From Verrucomicrobiales bacterium (GTDB lineage Bacteria > Verrucomicrobiota > Verrucomicrobiia > Verrucomicrobiales > DEV007): a stretch of DNA of 51,499 bases. Where the stretch lies: NCBI GenBank assembly GCA_039806885.1, contig JBDHQE010000001.1:1-51499 (forward strand), read 5' to 3'. Numbering within the stretch: the first letter of the stretch is position 1; each line of letters starts with the position of its first letter. Position numbers and translations under genes: made by a program. Of the stretch, positions 8,788-18,114 are shown piece by piece. The notes below the pieces were generated by a model, which ran no database searches, had not been told where the DNA came from, and saw only the letters and a list, made by a program, of their open reading frames with translations.

Positions 8788-10398
8788 GTGAGCAATCGTT
8801 TTCCCACCTTTCTCGATCTTTTTTGTGGCTGCGGTGGCTTTTCGCTCGGGCTAGAGCGAGCCGGATTCCGAGGCTTGGCGGCAATAGATTTCAACAAGGA
8901 GGCTATTGAGGTCTTTCGTACCAACTTTCCTAGCATTCTTCATGTGCTTCGGAGGGATCTCACAGAGTTTGATCCGAAAGATCTTGAAGCTCTGATTGGC
9001 ACGGATCACATTGACTTAATCGTAGGAGGACCACCCTGCCAAGGTTTTAGCACCGCTAGACAAGTGGACGGTGCCAACCACGGAGAACGTTTGAAGGAAG
9101 ATCCTCGGCGCCATCTCTACAAGGAGTTCCTCCGTTTCGTAGCGCACTTTCAACCGAAGGTCTTCGTTATGGAGAACGTACGCGGTATACGTTCTGCTTC
9201 CGGTGGTCGTTACTTCACCAAGGTTCAGGCGGAGGCGCGTAAGCTCGGCTACCGAGTGCATGAACAGCTGGAGGACTGCGTAAAGCTTGGAATACCTCAA
9301 AAACGGCGTCGGCAGCTCTTTATTGGTACTCGTGTTGATTTCCCGAATTACTTTATTCCTAGTATTGAGCCAGCACCTCGTGCCTCAGATCGTTCGTGCC
9401 TATGGGATGCGATCAGTGATCTACCATCCTTGGAAGCGGGCGAAGGGGAGGAAACATGCCAATATGATCTCCATCAGCGGAATGCTATCTCATCAGAAGC
9501 GATGAAGTATCTAAGGGAAGTTCTTGAGATAGATAAGGCCGCAGAGCTTACTGCCCACCGTGCCCGCCCTCACAGTAATAGAGATTTAGAGGACTTTGCT
9601 CTTCTGCTTGAAGGGGAAAGTTCGGCAGAAGCAATGCGTAGGGGTGTTGAATTCGAATTCCCCTACGATAAAAGCGTTTTTAAAGATCGCTACACTAGGC
9701 AGCACCGCTATCGCCCCTGCTCGACCATCGTCGCACATTTGTCGAAGGATGGACTCATGTTCATCCATCCAACTCAAAACCGATCCATCACTCCTCGCGA
9801 GGCCGCTCGAATCCAGAGCTTTCCAGACTGGTTTCAGTTCCCTGTAGCACGTACCCATCAGTTCCGTATCATCGGCAATGCGGTGCCGCCGTTGGTCAGC
9901 GAGGCAGTTGGGATCGCAGTCAAAAAGTATTTGAAGGAACTTGATGAAATGAAATCGAAAATTGTTTGGGAAATTGGACCTCTACCTCAATCACATGCTG
10001 AGGCCGCACAGTGGATAGTAAACGTCGCTCGTCTCTCCCCGAAAGAAATGCGCAAAGTCTCAAATGAGGAGTTCAAACGGGCGTGGTTTTCGATCGCATT
10101 TATTTTCATGGGATTGCATCCGGATGGAGCTTTGGATCATGGATCAGATATTCTACAATATCCGAAAGCGGATCCCGAAATCTCAGCCGTCGAACCTCGT
10201 ATCGAGAGTCCCTATTACGAGAGGAGTGGTTGGCCTGTTTATTTGGAAGACCTAGCGGCGGAAGCATGGCGCAGATATGAATTGGACCAGCTTGAAGAGA
10301 AGGAATTCTACTGCTCTGACGCACAAATGGCAGGAATCTGTTACAGAAATCCCCATTTTGTGGATGAAGTCAGAAGAGGAAGGGAAGAGTTTGCTTAG
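8788..10398 (+). CDS. DNA (cytosine-5) methyltransferase with ~150-aa C-terminal extension
   Basis: Motif I DLFCGCGG, IV GGPPCQGFS, VI MENV, VIII PQKRRR, IX REAARIQSFPD, X IGNAVPP. GTG at 8788 is the likely start (track begins at 8731). Confidence 0.95.
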   Translation: MSNRFPTFLDLFCGCGGFSLGLERAGFRGLAAIDFNKEAIEVFRTNFPSILHVLRRDLTEFDPKDLEALIGTDHIDLIVGGPPCQGFSTARQVDGANHGERLKEDPRRHLYKEFLRFVAHFQPKVFVMENVRGIRSASGGRYFTKVQAEARKLGYRVHEQLEDCVKLGIPQKRRRQLFIGTRVDFPNYFIPSIEPAPRASDRSCLWDAISDLPSLEAGEGEETCQYDLHQRNAISSEAMKYLREVLEIDKAAELTAHRARPHSNRDLEDFALLLEGESSAEAMRRGVEFEFPYDKSVFKDRYTRQHRYRPCSTIVAHLSKDGLMFIHPTQNRSITPREAARIQSFPDWFQFPVARTHQFRIIGNAVPPLVSEAVGIAVKKYLKELDEMKSKIVWEIGPLPQSHAEAAQWIVNVARLSPKEMRKVSNEEFKRAWFSIAFIFMGLHPDGALDHGSDILQYPKADPEISAVEPRIESPYYERSGWPVYLEDLAAEAWRRYELDQLEEKEFYCSDAQMAGICYRNPHFVDEVRRGREEFA

Positions 10399-10414
10399 GA
10401 TCCGCACGGAAACA

Positions 10415-11890
10415 ATGAATTCCCGACAGTCGGTTACTCTCACGCCACACCCATCGGCATTGATTGAATCCCTTCGTTGCATTGGGTATTCGCTCGAAAC
10501 TGCACTGGCCGACATCATAGATAACTCTATTACAGCGGGTGCGACTAATATCAGACTCTTTGTTTCGACTGACAAGACATCGCCAGAAATTGCTATCCTA
10601 GATGATGGTCACGGAATGGATTCGGACGAACTCCTTGCGGCCATGCGACTGGGAAGCAGAAACCCATCGGAGGAGAGAGAAGAAGCCGACTTGGGGCGAT
10701 TCGGACTTGGATTAAAAACCGCATCCTTCTCTCAATGTCGGCGCCTGACGTTGGTTAGTAAAAAGAATGGAGTCACGAGTGCCGCCATCTGGGATTTGGC
10801 GCGTGTAGCTGAAGCCGACACGTGGGAGGTTGAGATTCCAGACTCGCCAGAAGATATTCCTTGTGCGGACAGACTGGGTGACCACGGCACTCTCGTGCTG
10901 TGGGAAAGTCTCGACCGCGTAGTTCAGGATAACACCAACGATGCCATCACACATTTCATAAAACGCGTGGATGAGGCCCGCTCCCATCTTGAGCTTGTAT
11001 TTCACCGATTTCTCGCGGGCGAACCCGGACATCGAAAAATTCAAATGTCCTTAAATGAGCGTCCACTTGAACCGTTTGACCCTTTTCATCAAAGTCATCC
11101 CGCAACATATGCCGGACCTTCTGAATCGATCAAGGTTGGAGACCACCAGGTCGTTATTCAGGCTTTCACGTTGCCGCATCACAAGAAGGTCACGCAGGAG
11201 GAGTGGGATAAATATGCAGGGCCGGCGGGATATGTGAAGAATCAAGGGTTCTATGTGTATCGGCAGCGACGTCTCATTATTCACGGCACTTGGTTCAGGT
11301 TGGCGAGGCAGACCGAACTGACCAAGCTCGCACGTGTGCGGATTGACATGCCAAATGGCTTGGATGCAGATTGGAAGATTGATGTCAAGAAAGCATCGGC
11401 ACAGCCACCCTATCAGGTGATGGACAGGTTACGTCGTCTCATCGAGACCTTGGGGGCGAATTCCAAGCGTGTGTATACCAGTAAGGGGCGAAAACTTCTG
11501 TCAGATAATCGCTTCCCAGTCTGGAACCGCATGCAAAACAAAGGAGAAGTTACATATTGCATTAACGAGAAATATCCGATGATCGCAGATTTTTCTCAGC
11601 GTTTATCGCAAGACTTACGAACCGATTTCCTCCGTGTTTTGGAAGTAGCTGGTTCCACGCTTCCAATGGATGCGCTTTTCGCTGATCTTGGCAATTCGCC
11701 CGGTAAGGTGGGTGGGAATGCCATCTCCGATGAATCGCTTCATCAGGCTTTGCAGACGACAGTGAAGCAGTTGAGAGAGTATAAAGTAAGCTTTGATGAA
11801 ATTAAAGAGATGCTGCAATTTGCCGAACCATTCCATTCTAACTGGGATCGGACGGAGGTACTCTTGGAGAGACTTGGAAACTTAGAATAA
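10415..11890 (+). CDS. MORC/MutL-type GHKL ATPase (MzaB-like)
   Basis: LRCIGYSLETALADIIDNSI, DDGHGM, LGRFGLGLKTAS, HGTLV; QGFYVYR and LARVRID in the S5-like part. ATG at 10415. Confidence 0.9.
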   Translation: MNSRQSVTLTPHPSALIESLRCIGYSLETALADIIDNSITAGATNIRLFVSTDKTSPEIAILDDGHGMDSDELLAAMRLGSRNPSEEREEADLGRFGLGLKTASFSQCRRLTLVSKKNGVTSAAIWDLARVAEADTWEVEIPDSPEDIPCADRLGDHGTLVLWESLDRVVQDNTNDAITHFIKRVDEARSHLELVFHRFLAGEPGHRKIQMSLNERPLEPFDPFHQSHPATYAGPSESIKVGDHQVVIQAFTLPHHKKVTQEEWDKYAGPAGYVKNQGFYVYRQRRLIIHGTWFRLARQTELTKLARVRIDMPNGLDADWKIDVKKASAQPPYQVMDRLRRLIETLGANSKRVYTSKGRKLLSDNRFPVWNRMQNKGEVTYCINEKYPMIADFSQRLSQDLRTDFLRVLEVAGSTLPMDALFADLGNSPGKVGGNAISDESLHQALQTTVKQLREYKVSFDEIKEMLQFAEPFHSNWDRTEVLLERLGNLE

Positions 11891-11898
11891 AAGAGAGA

Positions 11899-14604
11899 AT
11901 GTCCGAAGATTCAATAAATCTGGAAGAGCTTGAGATGTCTGTAGAGAATGTACTGGCCAGTAAGCAGGAGCTTACTCCGTTGCTCATTAGAACCGTAATT
12001 GAAAAATATAGAGTCGTTAACCCTGTAACAAATGCAGAGGCTGAAAGGCTTGCTCGTCGCTTGGAGGCTAGACACGACGTGACGATGACTATTGGAGCGA
12101 TGCTTAAGGAAAAAGAACATCGCCCGTGGTTAGATAACGCAAGAGCCACTATAGATCCTTATTATTGGAGACGTTACAAAAAGCTCCTTGGTAAAAAGCA
12201 TTTTTCTTCTCAAGTAATTGCCACTCTCGACGAGATAACTGATCGCATTCTAGGGTTAATGGAAAACCCTGAAAAGGCCGGGCCGTGGAATCGCCGCGGT
12301 ATGGTGGTTGGACATGTACAGTCTGGCAAAACAGCAAATTACGTTGGCCTGATCTGCAAAGCGGCTGACGTGGGATATCGGCTCATCGTCGTCATCGCAG
12401 GGATCCACAATAACTTGCGGAATCAGACGCAACTACGAATTGATGAAGGGTTTGTTGGCCGGGACAGCACTCCTTGGCTATCTCGCAGAGAAGATAAATT
12501 GATCGGTGTTGGCAAGTTTGGTTTTGATCAAAAGCGGAGACCATTTACTCTCACAAATTCGCTCAAGGATTTTAATAAGACAATGGCGACGAGTGTTGGC
12601 ATTTCACTTGATGCTCTCAATGTGCCAACAGTGTTAGTCATTAAGAAGAATTCAAGCACACTGAAGAACCTGCTTGAATGGCTCCAAGAGCACAATGCCA
12701 AGCGCGGTGGAAAAACAATTGAAGCCCCGATGCTGCTCATTGATGATGAGGCTGACAATGCTTCGGTAAATATCGCTTATAGTAAAGACGAAGTCTCCAG
12801 AATCAACGGACAGATTCGCAGTCTTCTCGGCATGTTTGAGCGAGCTTGTTATGTCGGGTACACCGCAACGCCTTTTGCCAATATTTTCATTGATCCCGAT
12901 ACGGATGACGAAATGTTCAGAGCGGATTTGTTTCCAAGAAATTTTATTGTCAGCCTCGATCCGCCTACCAATTACTTCGGCGCAAATCGAGTGTTTTTAC
13001 ATTTACATAACAACGAACAGATCATACGGCACATTGAAGACAACGAGGAGATCCTACCGCTGAAACATAAGAAGGACTTGAAAGTCACTGCTCTTCCCGA
13101 AAGTCTCATGGATGCGGCACGGGCATTCGTGGTTGCCAAAGCGATACGGCTGGTGCGAGGGCATGTCGGGCAGCATTGTTCAATGCTTGTTAATGCATCT
13201 CGCTTTACGAATGTGCAGCGCCAACTCCGCAACGAGCTGCACAACAGAATTGATGCCATCAAGTCCAGCATCCGCGTCAATGGAGCGCTTTCACTAGAGG
13301 ACGCACTTAAGGATGCTGAAATTAAGGCGCTGCATGACATTTGGGAAAGAGAGTATTCGTGTATTGAAGGGCTTGATTGGAGAACTATTCAGAACAAACT
13401 AAACGATGCTGTGGCACCCATCAAGGTTGTCGAAGTCAATAGCAACTCAGCGGGTGCGTTAAACTATGTCGATTATGAGGGAATTGGGCTGAATGTCATT
13501 GCTGTTGGCGGCTACTCATTGTCTCGTGGCCTCACTCTTGAGGGTCTGATGATCAGTTACTTTCTGAGAAACTCGGTGATGTATGACACGTTGATGCAAA
13601 TGGGGCGTTGGTTTGGTTATCGTCCTGAATATGATGAGCTTTGCCGCGTGTGGATGCCGGAAGAAGCCGAAGGGTGGTATGCACATGTGGCCGAGGCTAT
13701 TGAAGAACTTCGAGAAGAACTGCGGAAGATGGAGGCCGCGGGAGCTACTCCTAAAGAGTTCGGGCTTAAAGTCAGAAGTCATCCCACTGCACTTGTCGTC
13801 ACAGCCCGCAACAAGATGGGGTCGGGCGAGAGGGTGGTCGTGAAGATTGGCTTGGGAAATAGTTTTATCGAAACGGCCATTCTGAACCGAGATGAAGAAA
13901 GTCTTGAATCCAATCGATTGGCGGCACAGCGGCTTGCAGAACGACTAGTTGAGGCTGGTAAGCCGCCAACTGATTCTGTGCCGATTTCGGGAGGACGTCT
14001 TCTTAGAGGAGCGCCAGTAAAGCCGATTTTGGATTTTCTAGCAGAGTTTCAAAACCATCCTACTTCTATGTTGACTCAGACAGAGCCAGTGAAGCGATAC
14101 ATTGAAGAACGAGCCGAAACCGAGCTGGCTGTTTGGGACATTCTCTTTGCGGGCATCAAGAGTAACAAAGGTAGTTTGACGGACGTATCTCTTGGGATCC
14201 AGATCAATTGTCAACGACGTACGGCGGGACAAAAGAGTGATGCCACTACCCTTCACGTCACCAACAAGCAGCGAGTGTCTTCGAGAGGTGTCGAAAAAGC
14301 GGGACTACCACAGGAGACAATAGATGCTGCCGAACGTCGTTACCGCAATATAGAAAAGCTACCCTCGGATAAACCTATCAACTATCCGGACCGAATTTAT
14401 CGTGCTGAGCGCATTCGACCGCTCTTGATTATTCATCTGCTAGATATTGAGCCGGAAACCAAGCCAGTAATCGCCTGGAGCATCAGCTTTCCTAGAACTA
14501 AGCTCGAAGAAAAGTGTGTGGAATACATTGTGAACACGACTTGGTTCAGAGAAAATTTCGCCGGTGATTCTGAAGAGAAAGAGGAGGTGGAAGTTGATGA
14601 CTGA
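11899..14604 (+). CDS. Z1-domain SF2 helicase-like protein (MzaC-like)
   Basis: Walker A GHVQSGKT, IDDEADNAS, YVGYTATPFAN, LSRGLTLEGL, DTLMQMGRWFGYR. Confidence 0.92.
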   Translation: MSEDSINLEELEMSVENVLASKQELTPLLIRTVIEKYRVVNPVTNAEAERLARRLEARHDVTMTIGAMLKEKEHRPWLDNARATIDPYYWRRYKKLLGKKHFSSQVIATLDEITDRILGLMENPEKAGPWNRRGMVVGHVQSGKTANYVGLICKAADVGYRLIVVIAGIHNNLRNQTQLRIDEGFVGRDSTPWLSRREDKLIGVGKFGFDQKRRPFTLTNSLKDFNKTMATSVGISLDALNVPTVLVIKKNSSTLKNLLEWLQEHNAKRGGKTIEAPMLLIDDEADNASVNIAYSKDEVSRINGQIRSLLGMFERACYVGYTATPFANIFIDPDTDDEMFRADLFPRNFIVSLDPPTNYFGANRVFLHLHNNEQIIRHIEDNEEILPLKHKKDLKVTALPESLMDAARAFVVAKAIRLVRGHVGQHCSMLVNASRFTNVQRQLRNELHNRIDAIKSSIRVNGALSLEDALKDAEIKALHDIWEREYSCIEGLDWRTIQNKLNDAVAPIKVVEVNSNSAGALNYVDYEGIGLNVIAVGGYSLSRGLTLEGLMISYFLRNSVMYDTLMQMGRWFGYRPEYDELCRVWMPEEAEGWYAHVAEAIEELREELRKMEAAGATPKEFGLKVRSHPTALVVTARNKMGSGERVVVKIGLGNSFIETAILNRDEESLESNRLAAQRLAERLVEAGKPPTDSVPISGGRLLRGAPVKPILDFLAEFQNHPTSMLTQTEPVKRYIEERAETELAVWDILFAGIKSNKGSLTDVSLGIQINCQRRTAGQKSDATTLHVTNKQRVSSRGVEKAGLPQETIDAAERRYRNIEKLPSDKPINYPDRIYRAERIRPLLIIHLLDIEPETKPVIAWSISFPRTKLEEKCVEYIVNTTWFRENFAGDSEEKEEVEVDD

Positions 14605-15589
14605 TCCTTGGAAAGACTTAGTGCCTCCATCGGCGGCTTCGGCGATCAACGCGCGTCGGGTAGATGAGAGTAATCCATGGGACTTTTTTTGGGCACGGGC
14701 GATGGACGCTAAATGCCTTCTTGTGCTGGAACACGGGGATGAAGCGTCACCAAAAAGAAAATTGCCATCTCTCAAAGGCGTTGAAGTCGTTGTGGCTGAG
14801 GGTGACGGACGAAGTCGTCGCTTGTTGGTATTTCGCCTGCTTGATTCGAGGCAGCGAGACATATTTCAGCAACTCTGCCTTGATATTGTCTCTGCGGGAG
14901 CTAATGCTCGCACCGAACTGGAAGCCGTCGAATTAGCGCTAGCTAGAACGTGGCGATGGCATCACTTGCTGAGAGGTGGCGGGGGCGGGCGGCTCTCCGA
15001 AGAAGAGCAGAAGGGACTGATCGGGGAGCTTCTAGTCTTGGATCAGCACCTTCTCCCTAATTTGTCACCCTACGACAGCTTGACAGCATGGCGTGGTCCT
15101 CTTGGAGCACCAAAGGACTTTGAGATTGGACGCATCTGTATTGAAGCAAAAGCTAGGCGTGGGGCTGCAACGCCCCATGTTTTTATCACATCGGAGCATC
15201 AGCTTGATATCACGGGCTGTGATCTACTATTTTTGTATGTCGTTGAGTTGAGTCATGCGCCTGAAGGAGCGCTGGATGCATTTACTTTGATCGATATGGC
15301 CCGACGCGTTCGCGACGGAATGAGCCAAGATAACGCTGCAATAGACAGCTATGAAACCCTTTTAGCGGCAGCAGGCTTCCGTTGGGAAGATGATTATTCA
15401 GACTCTAAGTGGATCAAAGGTCTAAGCCGCATCTATGAGGTCACAGACGACTTTCCGCGCGTGACAGCGTCGGAAATTTCTTCGGGTGTTTCTAATGTAC
15501 GATATTCGCTATCACTCGTAGAATGTGAGCGATTCATTATTGAGACAAAGCTTTTGAATGCTGCAATAAAAGGAGGCCTTTATGAATGA
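14597..15589 (+). CDS. PD-(D/E)XK nuclease, DUF4420-type (MzaD-like)
   Basis: GLIGEL, WRGP..KDF, IEAK, SEHQL, FPRV. ATG at 14597 overlaps the Z1 stop and follows GAGGAGG. Confidence 0.85.
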   Translation: MTDPWKDLVPPSAASAINARRVDESNPWDFFWARAMDAKCLLVLEHGDEASPKRKLPSLKGVEVVVAEGDGRSRRLLVFRLLDSRQRDIFQQLCLDIVSAGANARTELEAVELALARTWRWHHLLRGGGGGRLSEEEQKGLIGELLVLDQHLLPNLSPYDSLTAWRGPLGAPKDFEIGRICIEAKARRGAATPHVFITSEHQLDITGCDLLFLYVVELSHAPEGALDAFTLIDMARRVRDGMSQDNAAIDSYETLLAAAGFRWEDDYSDSKWIKGLSRIYEVTDDFPRVTASEISSGVSNVRYSLSLVECERFIIETKLLNAAIKGGLYE

Positions 15590-17648
15590 AAATCTATACG
15601 AGTTTTATCAGGATTTTTTCCAAGATGTAATTGGTTTTGCCGATGCAGAAGGATGTTATGCAGAGGACGCATTTTTCGAAAAATTTTGCGAACAATTGGT
15701 TGAAGTTGGAGAGTTTGAAACAGCCGACCGTGCCAGATATCTCTCGTTACGCGGCGTAAGAGTCGATGGGTATGGTGGAGATCCCATCGACAGCGCTGGA
15801 GTGTTAAATCTTATCATTGCGGACTTTAATCAGTCTTCACAGATAGAAACACTTACAGCTACGGATATGGAAGCCATTTTTAAACGGCTTTCCAACTTTC
15901 TAGTCAAGTCACTAGACGATAATTTCAGAAACGGTCTGGAAGAAACGCTTCCAGCTTTTGGACTCGCTGATCTTATTGCGAAACGATGGGAGAAAGTCAT
16001 AAAAATTAGGCTCTTTCTAATTAGTAATCGAGTTCTCAGTTCGCGTGTTGACGGGAAAGAGACGGGAGAGATTCAGGGCAAGCCCGTTACCTACAGCGTG
16101 TGGGATATCGGTCGTCTACAGCGATTCGATGCTTCTGGACAGGGGCGCGAAGATATCGAGATCAATTTAGAAGATGATTTTGGTGGAGCATTATTAGCCT
16201 TGCCTGCACATTTGAAAGACGCTGGGTACGAATCCTATCTCATGGCAATTCCAGCGGCCCAGCTGGCGGCTATTTACGACAAATGGAGCACTAGGTTGCT
16301 TGAGCAGAACGTGCGCGTGTTTTTGCAAGCTCGCGGAAATGTGAATAAAGGTATTCGCAATACCATTGAGAATACGCCTGAGATGTTCTTTGCCTATAAT
16401 AATGGTGTAACAGCTACTGCTGAGGCAGTCACAACGCGTCACACTGGCGATGCATTACTTCTGACGAGCCTTAAGAATCTTCAAATCGTCAATGGCGGGC
16501 AGACTACTGCTTCTATCCATGTAGCCAGCAAAAAGAAGGATGTCGATTTATCTCGCGTATTTGTGCAGTTGAAACTGTCCATTATTGAGCCTGATAAGGC
16601 GACAGAGGTCGTGCCAAAGATATCCGAATACGCGAACAGTCAAAATCGAGTAAATGCGGCAGACTTTTTTGCAAATCATCCGTTCCACGTTCGGATAGAA
16701 GAGTTTTCGAGGCGAATCTTTGCACCCTCCGCTGATGGGAGCTTTCGAGAGACAAAGTGGTTTTATGAACGCGCTCGCGGACAGTATCAGGATGAGCGAG
16801 CGCGCCGTACGGAGACCGAGCGAAAGAGGTTTGATATGGAGTTTCCAAAAAATCAGAAGTTTTCTAAAACGGACTTAGCGAAGTTTCTTGCTCTCTGGCA
16901 GTTTCGCCCAGATATGGTGAGTAAGGGAGCACAAAAGAACTTTGCTTGGTTCGCGAGTGAGATTAGTCGCGAATGGGAAAAGCATTCAGACATCTTTAAT
17001 GAAAGTTACTATAAAGCTCTAATTGCAAAAGTGATCGTGTTTAGGAGTGTCGAAAGACTGGTCACAGATCAACCATGGTATCAAGGTGGATACAGAGCGA
17101 ATATCGTCGCCTATTCCATAGCGAAGCTAGCTCATGAGGTAGAAAGATTAGGCTATGTCGTAGACTATGAAGGTATATGGAAGGCACAACACCTTTTACC
17201 CGGAATTCGTGAAAGTTTGATTGGTGTCTCGAAGGCAGTACATGACATCATAATAGACCCACAATTGGGATACAGAAATATAACAGAATGGGCTAAGCAG
17301 CAGGCATGTTGGCAGCGCGTAAGTGGATTACAAGTTGATCTGCCGAGTACGATAGAAAATGAACTCGTGACGAAAGAAGAGGAGCGTGAAAACGAACGTT
17401 TTGCGATTAAGGATTAAAAGGTGCTCAATGGTATCCAAGCGCAGACATATGTATTTGAACGTGGAGCGGAATATTGGTCGAAACTTAAAGAATGGAATGC
17501 CGTTAGACGCGTACTAAGTCCTAAAGAGATAGGAATCTTAGAGATCGCTTGCTTACTTCCCGCGAAATTCCCTTCTGAGAAGCAAGCTCCAATATTGATT
17601 AATGCGGAGAAGCGTGCGGTCGAAGAAGGATTTTATGTGCATTCGTAA
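15582..17648 (+). pseudogene. AIPR family protein (MzaE-like) interrupted by one in-frame TAA at 17415-17417 (611 aa + 75 aa ORFs; 688 codons if read through)
   Basis: NVRVFL, FFAYNNGVT, QIVNGGQTTAS, ANSQN. The ORF at 17421 is in the same frame, one codon after the stop (KD*KVLNGIQAQ). The 611-aa product may still function. Confidence 0.75.
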
Positions 17649-17712
17649 CTTGTCGGAATTTTAGGAGACCGACGATTCTTGATTTTTCGTAGCGACAAAC
17701 ACGGAAGAAACA

Positions 17713-17795
17713 ATCCGCGGATTATGCAGATTTACAACATATGGAATCGAAGCGTCCGCATGTGAAATCTGCGGAAATCTGCGAAATCTGTGGAT
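17713..17795. repeat. REP-like inverted/tandem AAATCTGCG repeat cluster
   Basis: atccgcggattatgcagattt (17713-17733) is an imperfect inverted copy of the end of aaatctgcggaaatctgcgaaatctgtggat (17765-17795), which has three AAATCTG units. Confidence 0.7.
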
Positions 17796-17812
17796 GAAAC
17801 CTCGTAAACATC

Positions 17813-17940
17813 ATGCGCCCCCCCAAAAGCTTCGCCATGATCGAAGCGGCTATGACTATCCATGGCACCCTTGCTCATGATTTCTTGAAGCCGTGTATCA
17901 GGAATCTCTGGAGCGCGAATTCGTCCGCGTAGGATACTAA
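17813..17940 (+). pseudogene. GxxExxY protein relic (frameshifted, truncated); not in the ORF track
   Basis: MRPPKSFAMIEAAMTIHGTLAH, then a 1-nt deletion at ~17879, then FLEAVYQESLEREFVRVGY*. Restoring one G gives HGFLEAVY (GxxExxY). Confidence 0.75.
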
Positions 17941-18114
17941 GGGTTGAAACGGGAAGCGGGGCGCAGGATTTTAGTGCAGCTCGCGACCAGTGCCTAGGCG
18001 GAGGCCGAAAAATCATGTCCAGTTTCCTTTTTAGCGATCACTTCTTCTTTGAAAAGGATGCACTTGTCACTTGTATACCACAGATGGATCTTCCTATTCT
18101 CGCGCATTTGAGTT

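Larger units (their letters stand above)
8643..17673 (+). other. Defence island: methyltransferase-associated Mza-like restriction system
   Basis: Five co-oriented, tightly spaced or overlapping genes; AT-richer than the flanks by eye; no integrase or tRNA seen. Confidence 0.8.

Noticed and set aside
10277-10414. N-terminal 46 aa of the ATPase ORF in the track
   Set aside because: Overlaps the MTase by 122 nt; family similarity begins at ATG 10415.
17421-17648. 75-aa ORF as an independent gene
   Set aside because: In frame with AIPR and one codon after its stop, so better explained as the AIPR C-terminus.
17765-17795. AAATCTG repeats as a mini-CRISPR
   Set aside because: Units are 9-10 bp with no spacers, and no cas genes are present.
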